Shown piece after piece: positions 37,631 through 49,203 of a stretch of DNA of 64,000 bases. The DNA is taken from assembly GCA_002269645.1 (NCBI GenBank), contig NIVC01001207.1:209541-273540 (forward strand), in the 5' to 3' direction. Every line of letters starts with the position of its first letter. Within the stretch, counting starts at the first letter, position 1. The position numbers and the translations under genes were made by a program. The notes beneath the pieces are model-generated. The model was not told where the DNA came from and did not search any database. It saw only the letters and a list, made by a program, of their open reading frames with translations. The DNA is from Macrostomum lignano. Lineage: Eukaryota.

Positions 37631-37953
37631 ATGAGTCTCGCGAAAGTGACCGTAATCGTTTTGGCAACCTACTACGTTACCATAGTAACCGCAACGATAT
37701 CGTCTTCATGCCCAAATGTAGCCCGACAGCAGCACCGATTCACTCCAATTAACGGCTCGCTTTGCATTGCCGACAGATACGTGAGAACTATTGGTGCCTG
37801 CTCAGGTCAGCAGTGTGCGCTCTTCTGCGGCCAGGAAGGGCTCTGCCGAGCCTTCAACATTGAAGCCGGCATCTGCACGCTGTTCCTCTTTGACCGTTGC
37901 AGCAGGAATGTGCGCGACTGCAAATGCAACAAGCGTGGTCGAGTCTACGTGAA
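37631..37953 (+). CDS. Secreted PAN/Apple plus C-type lectin protein, exon 1 (signal peptide and PAN-like domain)
   Basis: Hydrophobic leader, then C…CALFC…LCRAFN…CTL (PAN-like pattern); phase-2 donor AA|GTGAGG. Confidence 0.7.
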
Positions 37954-38547
37954 GTGAGGCAGTTTTTGAGCTTTTATAGGTTCGTAATTGTAGCGGCATG
38001 ATAAATCTCAATTGTTAAAAGAGAACAAGAGTTTTTCGTATTTACCTGAATCATGCTTTCAGAAAAGCTACTATGTATAGGAGGTAACATAAAAATTCAC
38101 TGCCAATTATTTTACATTATTTCATTCCTGATGTAGCTCGCGCCTTGTAAAAGTTCGGCCATAGATATCTCAAGAGATCCATAGCAACGGTTAAATTAAG
38201 AGGAGGATGATCAATGTTAGCACGTTTTGGGAAGGGCAGTTCAAAGAACAGAACCAACGCTAAAGCCTGGTTTCTAATGGCTCTAAAAGGGCCATTCTCT
38301 ACCAGAGGGCTTCCCGGGGAAATAAGGATTTAATAATGAATTTAGGTTATCCGTCAGATGTCGCTACTCTCCTCGCGACAGGGAGAGAAGAATGTTCGAA
38401 AAGGCCACTGTTCACAACTAGACTGCAAAATGCTATAATTAGTGTTCTAGCTGAGAAATCTCCAACAGGAAGCCGAACGCAGTGTCTCTCAGTATAGTCG
38501 CGGTGTTTGCTCCCGCACTGTCATGACACCCATGACAATCACCGCAG

Positions 38548-39013
38548 ACAGCTGCCAGGACTTTCCCCGGGTCTGCTCTGTCCGACAAGCTACGGAGACA
38601 GTTTCTGCGACGCAAAGTACCGGATGCTCCCAACCAGCGATTGGACTTCGGGCACAAATAGATGCAACAATGACGAGCAGGGCCTCACTGTCGCGGCTGA
38701 CATCTCCAGCCAGGACGAGATGAGCCACATTGACGCTTTGTTCATTGCAAAGTATATCAGGCTCTTTCCCGGCGGCTTTTTCCTAGGCGGTCGGCAGCTC
38801 ACAGGCAGCCAAGAGCCTGGCAGCGGTTGGATCTTGGACAGATGCGGAAACAGCCTGAGCGCCAGTCTCTGGGGCACCGGTGAGCCGAACAACTTCAATG
38901 GAATTGAAAACTGCGCCGCCAGATGGAGTTTCAAAACTGGTTTATCCGACGTGGCGGAGACTGATGTGTACTTCAAGGCCGTGCTGTGCAAATGCTTGTC
39001 ACCGTTCGACTGA
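38548..39013 (+). CDS. Secreted PAN/Apple plus C-type lectin protein, exon 2 (CTLD with EPN)
   Basis: CP…FLGG…W…LWGTGEPNNFNGIENC…LC pattern; phase-2 acceptor CCGCAG|. Joined CDS is 789 nt. Confidence 0.75.
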
Positions 39014-40290
39014 GTAAGAAGACAAGGAAAAAGATCAAAGCTAAACTATTTTTGCTTTTACTGATAGAACAATAACTATCTCAAGAACTAACGGATCAGA
39101 GGTTTTAAAAAGCATGCGAAATGAAAAATAAATCTTATAGTGGCAAATGATTTTTCCTTGAGGAAAACAGGACAAATGACATACTTTTCATGTTTAAATT
39201 AAACTTAGTTTATTATTACGAGTATTTATACATTTCTCCGGGTCCTTACTAAAATCGGTTATTTAGGGGAATCGAACTAGGCTAATAGAAAAGGAGAAAA
39301 CGATTTTTCAATTTTTAGATACGAGCTTATAATGCAATGCAAAGTGATAAAATCAATTTAACAAATGGAATTGAATTCTCAATTCCTAAAAAGCGGCAAC
39401 GGAGGCGTGACAATCTAGTTGGAAATCGCATGCATTGTTTCAGATCAATTTCGCCGGTGTGTGACTGTAGAAATCTCAGTTGTTCTGCTCTAACAGTCGT
39501 CGCATTAACAGCAGGAATTTCAAGCCATTTTTTTTATTCGTTATACCGTTATTATACTGAGACAATTAATTTTCTGCTGCATTGGAGAGGAGCCACGCAG
39601 AACAAAAAAATTGAAAAAAACGCCAGCTATTTTTTTTGCTGCGCACCTTCTCAAACAACAATCAAGTCAAGTTGCCAGCCTTCAAGACCGTCGAGATATT
39701 CAACGATTCCTCTCTCTATATCTCACCATTTAGACATTCCTTGTCGAAATATTTGTGCTCAAGTTGGCATTCTCAACATCAAAGACCCCGTCAGCTCCAG
39801 AGCTCCAGAAAGCGACGCAGTATGAAAAAAATTACCCTAGAACTCTCAGCCGATCTGTTGGAAAGAAATTGTACTTTGAAAGACTCGAACTCAAGTACTT
39901 CTGCTTTAGCTTGGCAAGTTCTGAATAACGATTATACAGTACTGTATACTGACTTGTAGCATAAATACTGTAATAGCAATCATATATCAACAAAGAAATA
40001 ATTGGTTAAATACGCTCGTAGTAGACTTGCATTGGGATTAATTATACAGACAATGAATGAATGGCTTGAATAGAATTAAACCGGCTTTACAAACTGTAAT
40101 TACTCACTAGGAAGACACGCATCGATGCAAAGGTTTGTTTGAGCACACGTATAGAATTAAGAGAATTGATTTCGAAATCATAAGTGCCGCTCTGTCATTG
40201 AATTTTATTATTGTTAACGCGAAAAGTTTGGCAGGGAATCAAAACAATTACATTAAAATCAACGCTCAATAGAGAGTTGCTCAAAGAACT

Positions 40291-40656
40291 CTACTTTGGA
40301 AAGAAGTAGAACTTCTTCCTCAGCCTGCTGATGGGATGCGGCATGGAGACGTATCCCAGCCTCCCGCCGAACGTTTCCGTCACGATCCTGTTCACGGTGG
40401 TCAGCATGTCAAACACGTGCTCCTCGTGAGCGTAGGCTGCAAAAGTCTTGGCAATGGTCTGAATGAACCAGCTGCCTCGGAGCTCGTGCCGCCAGGATAC
40501 GAAACCTGGCGTGGTGGAATGCGCGAACACAATGTCCGCATAGAGAGGCACTCGCTTCTCCAAGTCCATCGTGTCGCTGTAGTTTTCCTCCTGCAGGCTG
40601 TGGATAATCTTCTGAACAGTTGTTTGGTCTGTTTTATCTCCCGATGCCGAGTCAGT
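40291..40656 (-). CDS. CASP2: Caspase-2-like exon 4 (linker and p10 subunit: ADIVFAHST…GSWFIQ…LRKKFYFFP)
   Basis: Caspase small-subunit motifs; acceptor TTCCAG|; DQ|TD cleavage-like site formed at the junction. Confidence 0.9.
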   Translation of the reverse strand, partial: TDSASGDKTDQTTVQKIIHSLQEENYSDTMDLEKRVPLYADIVFAHSTTPGFVSWRHELRGSWFIQTIAKTFAAYAHEEHVFDMLTTVNRIVTETFGGRLGYVSMPHPISRLRKKFYFFPK

Positions 40657-40693
40657 CTGGAACAGTAGGGGATGCTTTTAGGCTTGTTAAAAC

Positions 40694-41680
40694 ACAGGTT
40701 TCTAATGGATGCTGCAGGTTAGAGCACAGGTTTCTAATGGATGCTGCAGGTTAGAGCACAGGTTTCTAATGGATGCTGCAGGTTAGAGCACAGGTTTCTA
40801 ATGGATGCTGCAGGTTAGAGCACAGGCTTCTAATGGATGCTGCAGGTTAGAGCACAGGTTTCTAATGGATGCTGCAGGTTAGAGCACAGGTTTCTAATGG
40901 ATGCTGCAGGTTAGAGCACAGGCTTCTAATGGATGCTGCAGGTTAGAGCACAGGTTTCTAATGGATGCTGCAGGTTACAACACAGGTTTCTAATGGATGC
41001 TGCAGGTTAGAGCACAGGTTTCTAATGGATGCTGCAGGTTAGAGCACAGGTTTCTAATGGATGCTGCAGGTTAGAGCACAGGTTTCTAATGGATGCTGCA
41101 GGTTAGAACACAGGTTTCTAATGGATGCTGCAGGTTACAACACAGGTTTCTAATGGATGCTGCAGGTTAGAACACAGGTTTCTAATGGATGCTGCAGGTT
41201 ACAACAAAGGTTTCTAATGAATGCTGCAGGTTACAACACAGGTTTCTAATGGATGCTGCAGGTTAGAACACAGGTTTCTAATGAATGCTGCAGGTTAGAA
41301 CACAGGTTTCTAATGAATGCTGCAGGTTAGAGCACAGGTTTCTAATAAATGCTGCAGGTTAAAAAACAGGTTTCTAATAGATGCTGCAGGTTGAAACACA
41401 GGTTTCTAATGGATGCTGCAGGTTAGAGCACAGGTTTCTAATGGATGCTGCAGGTTAGAGCACAGGTTTCTAATGGATGCTGCAGGTTAGAGCACAGGTT
41501 TCTAATAAATGCTGCAGGTTAAAAAACAGGTTTCTAATAGATGCTGCAGGTTGAAACACAGGTTTCTAATGGATGCTGCAGGTTAGAACACAGGTTTCTA
41601 ATGGATGCTGCAGGTTAGAACACAGGTTTCTAATGAATGCTGAAGGTTAAAACATAGGTTTCTAATGGATACTGCAGGTC
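40694..41680. repeat. 32-bp intronic minisatellite (GGTTTCTAATGGATGCTGCAGGTTAGAGCACA), caspase intron 3
   Basis: Direct periodicity. Confidence 0.97.
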
Positions 41681-42100
41681 AGATGCTGATGGAGCAACTT
41701 GAGATCAGATGCTGATGGAGCAACTTGAGGGTTAAATGCTGATGGAGCAACATGAGGTTTAAATGCTGATGGAGCAACATGAGGTTTAAATGCTGATGGA
41801 GCAACTTGAAGTCAGATGTTGATGGAGCAACATGAGGTTTAAATGCTGATGGAGCAACTTGAAGTCAGATGCTGATGGAGCAACATGAGGTCAGATGCTG
41901 ATGGAGCAACTTGAGATTTAAATGCTGATGGAGCACTTGAGGTCAGATGCTGATGGAGCAACTTGAAGTCAGATGTTGATGGAGCAACATGAGGTTTAAA
42001 TGCTGATGGAGCAACTTGAAGTCAGATGCCGATGGAGCAACATGAGGTCAGATGCTGATGGAGCAACTTGAGATTTAAATGCTGATGGAGCACTTGAGGT
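41681..42100. repeat. 26-bp intronic minisatellite (GATGCTGATGGAGCAACTTGAGGTCA), caspase intron 3
   Basis: Direct periodicity; abuts the 32-bp array. Confidence 0.93.
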
Positions 42101-42171
42101 TGATATGCTGCAGAACTGAATCTGTAATTTCGGATAAATAACGCTCGAACTTGGACGAGCAGCCAGCTCAC

Positions 42172-42400
42172 TTGATCGAAGATGTGGCCTTTGTCTTTCA
42201 TGGAGCCGCGGCAGGCCTGGATAATGACCAGCTTGGGCTTGTTGTGCAGCCGGCATCGGTCGCTGTTGAAGTGCTCGAACAGCTCGTCCTCGGTCGCCGG
42301 GAGGTCATCTCTGCCGTAGATCACACCGCCTTGATCGCCGTGAGAGAGAATGCACAAAACACAGGAGTCCAGGCTTTCGTGCCGCGGGTCCAAAATGAAA
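42172..42400 (-). CDS. CASP2: Caspase-2-like exon 3 (LSHG catalytic His, QACRG catalytic Cys)
   Basis: Both catalytic motifs present; canonical splice sites. Confidence 0.95.
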
Positions 42401-42496
42401 CTGCGAGTGAGATGAAGGTTAAGCGCGACTTCTATCGTGTTAAACGTGTCATCACTTTGCAGTTTTTTTTTAACTTTAACTATTTTCGAAACTTAC

Positions 42497-42831
42497 TCGC
42501 GACAGAGACTCTTCATCTCTGCGGCCGTTTTGTCATTAAAAACCTGGTTCCTATAGAGCTCATAGCCAAGGTTCTTGAACACGCGAGTCAGGTTCTCGCA
42601 GTCGACTTCCGTTCCGGTTCGTTTACTCTTCTTAACAAAATCTCGATTGCTAATGATGAGCAGCAGACCCTTCGGATTGGAGCGGAGCTGGTATGTGAAT
42701 TCCCAATCATTCTTGCTCTTCTCCGTCAGGTGCTGCTGCGTCACCGGTTGAGGCATCAGCTCAGTACTGTCAATGATGCCGCAGGTGTGAAAGTTCAACT
42801 CTTCCAGGCCATCCTCATGGCGTTCCAGTAC
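42497..42831 (-). CDS. CASP2: Caspase-2-like exon 2 (p20 start: PKGLLLIISN…RTGTEVDCENL)
   Basis: Caspase p20 motifs; acceptor CTGCAG|, donor |GTAAGT. Confidence 0.93.
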
Positions 42832-43411
42832 CTGCAGAGGATTCAGGATTCAATGTGAAATGTTAACAACAGACATTTTTTGCTGCGCCGAAACGAAGCA
42901 ACGCAGGCACAGAAAACTATTTTGTTGCGCACCCTCTTATTAAACAAGAATCAAGTCGCCAGCCCTCCGGTCCGTCGAGATATTCGACGATTCTGCCAGA
43001 AGGTCGAATTTTTCCATAAGCGCCAGTGTATTCAGTACACCCCTGTGCCTCAGTGCAGCCTTGCCAAGCCTCCAAATTTCATCAGCACGTCGACCAAATG
43101 TGCCTGACTCAGCTCTGACTTCACTGGTCGCTGGTCTTCACCCAGGCGGAGCTTCTGGACCTTCAACAGCTGGCACCAGGTGACTATGAACACCCTGTTG
43201 CGAGTTTCTCTGATGTCACTGATCAAGCCTCGACAGTGGGCAAACCTCAACTGCTGGACATTCTCATCTAGTCTCTCAAGCATTCTGTCATCACCCCGAC
43301 GCCGTCGGCATCTTCAACAGATGACACCAGAGAATCCCCCTCCCCCTTGGTGAGTACGACTAAACTAAAGGCAAATAATATAATACAGTAGGCAGCTAAG
43401 TAACGTCTTAC

Positions 43412-43885
43412 CACTTGTACAGACAGAACGTCATCGGGGATGTTGGGTTGGTTGGTCACGCCTATTCGACTGACTGAACGGTCGACTGACGGCCTTCGAG
43501 ACGGATCATCCTGCGGCTGCGATGGCTGCGCCGGCTGACTCGGCCCCGATGGCGGTCTGGGCTGCGGCCGCGGCTCCGACGGCAGCGGATGGCCGTGCCT
43601 GAGGTGCCGGTCCATGCCGTCAAGATAGTCCGCCAGGTCCTGCTGTCTGGTGTCGCGAAGGATGCCCAGAAACTGGCCGAATGCGTCCGGACCGCGTCTA
43701 GGCAGGTCGTCCATCAGTTGTTGGCGTCGCTCGTGCGGAGTTCCTTGGCAGAGGATTCGCTCCAGCATTGGCTTGGTGAACACCTTTCTCTCTAGTAGCA
43801 GGCCCCAAAGCTTATTGTCCGCTACCAGCTGACTGACCAGCACGCAGCGAGCCTTCAGCAGGGCATTGCGATGAATATCGTCCAT
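43412..43885 (-). CDS. CASP2: Caspase-2-like exon 1 (CARD prodomain, DLPRRGPDAF)
   Basis: CARD motif typical of the caspase-2/9 group; donor |GTAAGA. Total CDS is 1404 nt (467 aa). The caspase-2 versus caspase-9 assignment is not proven. Confidence 0.85.
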
Positions 43886-44000
43886 TAGTTAATCTTGACA
43901 TGCAATGTGATGTTTGGAAAACTTTACTCGTAGTTTGATTTGATTTGATGATTTGAAGTTATTGAATATTAAACTTCAATTAACGAAAAGCTAGGCTACA

Positions 44001-44768
44001 GGGGTTTGTAGCCTAGTGGGGGGGGTTGTAGCCTAGTGGGGGTTGTAGCCTAGTGGGGGGTTGTAGCCTAGTGGGGGTTGTAGCCTAGTGGGGGGGTTGT
44101 AGCCTAGTGGGGGGGGTTGTAGCCTAGTGGGGGGTTGTAGCCTAGTGGGGGGGGTTGTAGCCTAGTGGGGGTTTGTAACCTAGTGGGGGGTTGTAGCCTA
44201 GTGGGGGGTTGTAGCCTAGTGGGGGTTGTAGCCTAGTGGGGGTTTGTAGCCTAGTGGGGGTTTGTAGCCTAGTGGGGGGTTGTAGCCTAGTGGGGGTTGT
44301 AGCCAAGTGGGGGCTTGTAGCCTAGTGGGGGGTTGTAGCCTATTGGGGGTTGTAGCCAAGTGGGGGCTTGTAGCCTAGTGGGGGTTGTAGCCTATTGGGG
44401 GGTTGTAGCATAGTGGGGGCTTGTAGTCTAGTGGGGGTTGTAGCCTAGTGGGGGATTGTAGCCTATCAGGGGTTGTAGCCTAGTGGGGGTTGTAGCCTAT
44501 TGGGGGTAGTAGCCTATTGGGGGTTTGTAGCCTATTGGAGGGGTTGTAGCGTATTGGGGGGTTGTAGCCTAGTGGGGGATGTAGCCTAGTGGGGGGTTGT
44601 AGCCTAGTGGAGGGTTGTAGCTAGTGGGGGGGGGGGTTGTAGCCTAGTGGGGATTTTAGCGTAGCGGGAGGACGGGGGTTGTAGCCTAGTAGGGGGTTGT
44701 AGCCTATTGGGGAGGTTTTAGCGTAGTGGAGGTTGTAGCCTAGTAGGGGGGGGGTTGTAGCCTAGTGG
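44001..44768 (+). repeat. ~18-bp G-rich tandem array (GGGGTTGTAGCCTAGTG) equal to the 5' end/A-box of the adjacent SINE
   Basis: Direct periodicity; the last unit is continuous with the SINE head. Confidence 0.95.
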
Positions 44769-45015
44769 TTAGAGCGTCGGACTTACGACTTAAAGGTCGG
44801 GGGTTCGATTCCTGATCCCACTAGAACAATTTGTGTCCTTGAGCAAAGACACTTGACTCTGCATTGCTTCAGTTCACCCTGCTGTAAAATGGGTGCCAGC
44901 ATTAGCTGGGGTAATTGAGGGTGTGTGGCGACCCCCCAGTCCTTGGACTGAACAGCCGTACGCAGCCTTCAGATGCGCCGCGCAATGGCTGCGGCTGAGC
45001 TGTCGGTTATAGTTA
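44751..45015 (+). mobile_element. tRNA-derived SINE with CORE-like central domain (family B)
   Basis: A-box TAGCCTAGTGG and B-box GGTTCGATTCC, then TGTGTCCTTGAGCAAAGACACTT…CTGTAAAATGGG resembling the CORE-SINE domain. The anticodon stem does not pair. Confidence 0.75.
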
Positions 45016-46498
45016 TATTCAAAACCTAAATTAAATCACTGACTTCGAGCATACTCAACAGCCTACATAAACTGTTAACCTGTTATAAATTCACAAGAAA
45101 ACATTGTGGCAATTAAAAAAGACTTGAAACAACTTTTACAGAAGTAGCAAACATTGACAATTCAAGGCACAGATTGAGTCTGCTTGTAATTCTCATCACC
45201 AGTCAGCAGTTGAACAGCTAAGAACTTGGGGCAGCAAAGGTAATTGCAAGCAAATAGTAAGTTAATTCTACTTCTAATCTATAGTAAAAAGAATTTGTAA
45301 AGCTTTGTCTCGCTTGTTGTTATACTAAAAGGCACGGAACAACAAAAAGGTAAGAGAAGAGCTACGATATCTTTAAAAAAAAGAAAATCACAGAACGAAA
45401 AAGAGGCATATTTTAAATTCAGATATTATTTTAGAAACTAAATTTCAGACTCTCAGGTGACACAAAACCCGCGCTCCAAAACATAGGCCGAGCGCATTCA
45501 TTGGTTCACTTGGACGGAGAAGCAAGTTAGACCAACAGGCAGCACCAAATACGAAAAACTAAAAGCGAAGCGTGAAAAAAGACGAACAGGAAATCTTTGA
45601 AAATAAATAAGCATGGACGGATATTGTTAAGCGCAGGCACATGCGATCCGTATAAGTACTTACTTAGTAGCAACTCTAAAAATAAAAAGTACATTGAGAC
45701 ATTTATTAAGCTAGGTTGACGAAAATCAACATAGGCATATCAGTTTAATTATTGGCAGGAAATTTACAGTAAGAAAAACAATGAGACGAATCGCGCATGC
45801 AGCCCAATTGCAAATACAGTTTGTAGGGCTGTCTGCAGTACTACTTCTTAAACACGATTTTCTTAGAAAGCAGACAAAAAACCGTTCTGAAGCAAAACCT
45901 TTGTTGGACTAAATTTAACAACAATAAAATCTGATATCGATGTTGTTTAACTAATAAGTTAAATAATGGTTTTGAATCCACGAAATTAAACAAAACGACT
46001 TGCACCTTGAACTAATTTGTTCGAAGCAAGCGGTTCTTAAATCAACTTTGAAAGTCACTTTCTCAACAGGATTTGTTGGAGAGCGATTCTCCAGGAATCG
46101 GTTACGGTGTTTTTCCGGCATTAACTAGGGATGATTCTAAGAAATTGGTTGGAGCAAATTAAAAAGAAACTATTTAGAGGGATTCTAGGGAGATTCTAAG
46201 AAACTCGTTGGAGGGATTCCAGGGAGATTCTAAGAAACTGGTTGAAGGGATTCCAGGGAGATTCTAAGAAACTGGTTGGAGGGATTCTAAGAAATTAGTT
46301 AGGGGCCATTTTTAGAAATTTCTTTAAGGCGATTATAAGAAATGCGTTGAAGCGATGTTGGGCAGATTCTAAGAAATTACTGACAATAGTTAAGGCGATT
46401 CTCCGGAATTGATCGGGATGAAGAGCATACGTCGGATCCCAAAAAGGAAACCCCAGGAGCCGATTTTCAGTCAGACGGCGGTCCTCGGTGCCAGCATC

Positions 46499-46916
46499 CT
46501 ACTTGGAGTTCAGGGACAGCCGGTTCGGCAGGAGGCCGCCGGCCGGCCCGCCAGTCGGCATTTGACGCCGCAGCCGGGAGCTCAGCGAGGACGACGCGGC
46601 CAGCGGTGCCAAGTCGGCGGCAGTGTGCGGCCTGCCGCCTGTGGCGGTGGCGAACGGATTCGACGAGCCCCGGTGGAACAGTGAGCCGGAGCTGGCCGAG
46701 GATGGCGGCGAAGAGCGCGCGCTGTCTGGGTCGGGGACTGGCCGGGCGGCGGAGGCGGCTGCGGCGGCAGCCGGCGGTCTAGCGTCGTTCCCGGTCGGTG
46801 CATCTTCGTCATCAACGTCGACGTCGTCATCGTCGGAGCAGCCGAGCTCGACGCTCTCGTCGTGGGTGACCGCCAGCACCTGGGGGGCGCGCTCGCTGCG
46901 AATCCGGCGGACGGAT
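46499..46916 (-). CDS. LRRC56: LRRC56 last coding exon (low-complexity tail, stop)
   Basis: Acceptor CCCCAG| after a pyrimidine tract; phase 2 is consistent. Confidence 0.7.
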
Positions 46917-46939
46917 CTGGGGCGGGGGAGGCGAAGGAA

Positions 46940-47560
46940 AGGACATCAGCAGGGGTTCAGGAAGGGACATCAGCAGGGGTTCAGGAAGGGACATCAGCAG
47001 GGGTTCCGGAAGGGACATCAGCAGGGGTTCCGGAAGGGACATCAGCAGGGGTTCCGGAAGGGACATCAGCAGGGGTTCCGGAAGGGACATCAGCAGGGGT
47101 TCAGGAGGGACATCAGCAGGGATTCAGGAAGGACATCAGCAGGGGTTCAGGTGGGACATCAGCAAGGGTTCAGGAGGGACATCAGCAGGGGTTCAGGAAG
47201 GACATCAGCAGGGGTTCAGGTGGGACATCAGCAAGGGTTCAGGAGGGACATCAGCAGGGGTTCAGGAAGGACATCAGCAGGGGTTCAGGAAGGACATCAG
47301 CAGGGGTTCAGGAGGGACATCAGCAGGGATTCAGGAAGGACATCAGCAGGGGTTCAGGTGGGACATCAGCAGGGGTTCAGGTGGGACATCAGCAGGGGTT
47401 CAGGAGGGACATCAGCAGGGGTTCAGGAGGGACATCAGCAGGGGTTCAGGAAGGGACATCAGCAGGGGTTCGGGAAGGGACATCAGCAGGGGTTCAGGTG
47501 GGACATCAGCAGGGGTTCAGGAGGGACATCAGCAGGGGTTCAGGAAGGGACATCAGCGGG
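46940..47560. repeat. 23/24-bp intronic minisatellite (GGAAGGGACATCAGCAGGGGTTCA)
   Basis: Direct periodicity. Confidence 0.95.
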
Positions 47561-47586
47561 GGATTTAAAAGCAGTGCATAACTCAC

Positions 47587-47962
47587 TTTTCATATTCAAC
47601 CTTCCAGCTTTTCAGTTCCTCGACCAGTTTAGCGTGGTCCCTGTCAAAGGTTTCGTCGTCTTTGAATTCCGTTATCTTTTGTCTGGACTGCTGCTGCGGC
47701 TGCTGTCCTCTCTGCTGTTGCTGCCCAAAACCTGCGGCGCTGCGTCTAGCAAAGAAAGCCCCGGCAGCTGTCTGCGGCCGACGCTCGAATCCGCCAGGCG
47801 AAGACAGCGACGACGACGACGCCGCCGCGGTGGCTGTCGACGCACCGCTGCTGCCACCTCCGCCAGACTGCGGACTGCGACGCCTGCGCAGCGCTTTGCT
47901 AATGTTGCCGCAGACTACGGTGCCGGCGGTCAGCGCCGACTCGTCCGATCGGTCCATCAGGT
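47587..47962 (-). CDS. LRRC56: LRRC56 coding exon 6 (low complexity; …KLVEELKSWKVEYE)
   Basis: Acceptor GCGCAG|, donor |GTGAGT; phases 1 and 2. Confidence 0.75.
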
Positions 47963-48029
47963 CTGCGCGTTTTTATAGGGGTTAAATAAAGTCAGTAGTT
48001 TTAGACCATACGGTTGCATTTAGAGTTTA

Positions 48030-48345
48030 CTAAAATTTCCGGGTTTAATCGGAATCTATTAAAATTTCCGGGTTTATTAGGATTTCAATAAAATTTCCGG
48101 GATTAATAGGATTTTATTAAAAATTCCAGGTTTATCGGAAATCTATTAAAATTTATCCATGTTTATCAAGGTTTATCGAGAATTTATTTAAATTTCCGGG
48201 TTTATTTGGAATCTATTAAAATTTCCGGGTTTAATAGGATTTTATTAAAAACTCCAGGTTTATCGGAAATCCATAAAAAATTTATCCATGTTTATCAAGG
48301 TTTATCGAGAATTTATTAAAATTTATGGGTTTATGGGGAATTCAT
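48030..48345. repeat. Degenerate AT-rich intronic repeat (AAATTTCCGGGTTTA…) with a duplicated block
   Basis: Recurring motif; the block containing TTTATCCATGTTTATCAAGGTTTATCGAGAATTTATT occurs twice. Confidence 0.75.
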
Positions 48346-48390
48346 AGAATTTATTCAAATATCCAAGTTCATCCAGGATAAGGTCCTCAC

Positions 48391-48823
48391 CGTCTGCGCT
48401 GCTGGCATTGGAGGCGGCCGAGCCGGGCCTGATTAGCGCCGATCCCGGCCGGTTGGCCGTGCCCGGCCGGCCCTTCGAAGTCATGAGGCGCTTCTGCGCG
48501 CTGGGCATCCGCAGCGCCGATTGCGGCCTTGGCGGCAGCGAGGCGCTACTGGCGGCCGCCGTAGACGCGCCAGTGCGCGGCCGATTGGAACTCGGCAGGG
48601 TGCTGCCAATGCCGGATGAAGTGTCCAGACTCTCGGACGAGGCGGCCGTAGCCAGCATGCCGGACTCTTGCAGCAGGCTATTGATATAATTCCAGTGCTC
48701 ATCGAATTGCAGAGTGGCCTGGCGCAGCTGGGGATTCGGGTCCCGCTCGCCTGTTGGCACGTCGTCGAGGCACTGCAGGCTGGGCAGCATGCGCAGCACC
48801 TCCTCTCTGTAGTTGTAGCCGGC
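48391..48823 (-). CDS. LRRC56: LRRC56 coding exon 5 (LRR cap YREEVLRMLPSLQCLDD)
   Basis: LRR C-cap motif; acceptor CTTCAG|, donor |GTGAGG. Confidence 0.85.
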
Positions 48824-49203
48824 CTGAAGGTGCCGCGTTTTTTACCTAATAACTCTCCATCTGCTACTTTTAAGGCAGTAGTATAGTATGCAGAATGTCC
48901 GCGCTACTTTGCATAGGATTCTCAAAGTTTGTCAAACTTATGAATAATGAGCCAAAATACTAAACAAGAACTAGATTGGAAGTGTTTCCACCATTATAAT
49001 GTTTTATTAACAAGTACGATTTCTTTGTACAAACTGACTTCCGACAACAAACTTATTGCCACTTGAATTTAATGTGGCAGCTGAAAATTTCCTGTTCATT
49101 CTCCGGTAACAGCAAGCATTTAACTTAAGTGTATCGATGTGATTGTAGAATGCCTCTTGTCATCAAATATCCAAATCGTGCAAGAATTTGCCGTTATACT
49201 CAC

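Noticed and set aside
44751-44822. Functional tRNA gene
   Set aside because: The anticodon and acceptor stems do not pair, and the sequence continues into a SINE body.
46623-47978. 451-aa plus-strand ORF
   Set aside because: It is an antisense shadow of GC-rich LRRC56 exons plus the 24-bp array.
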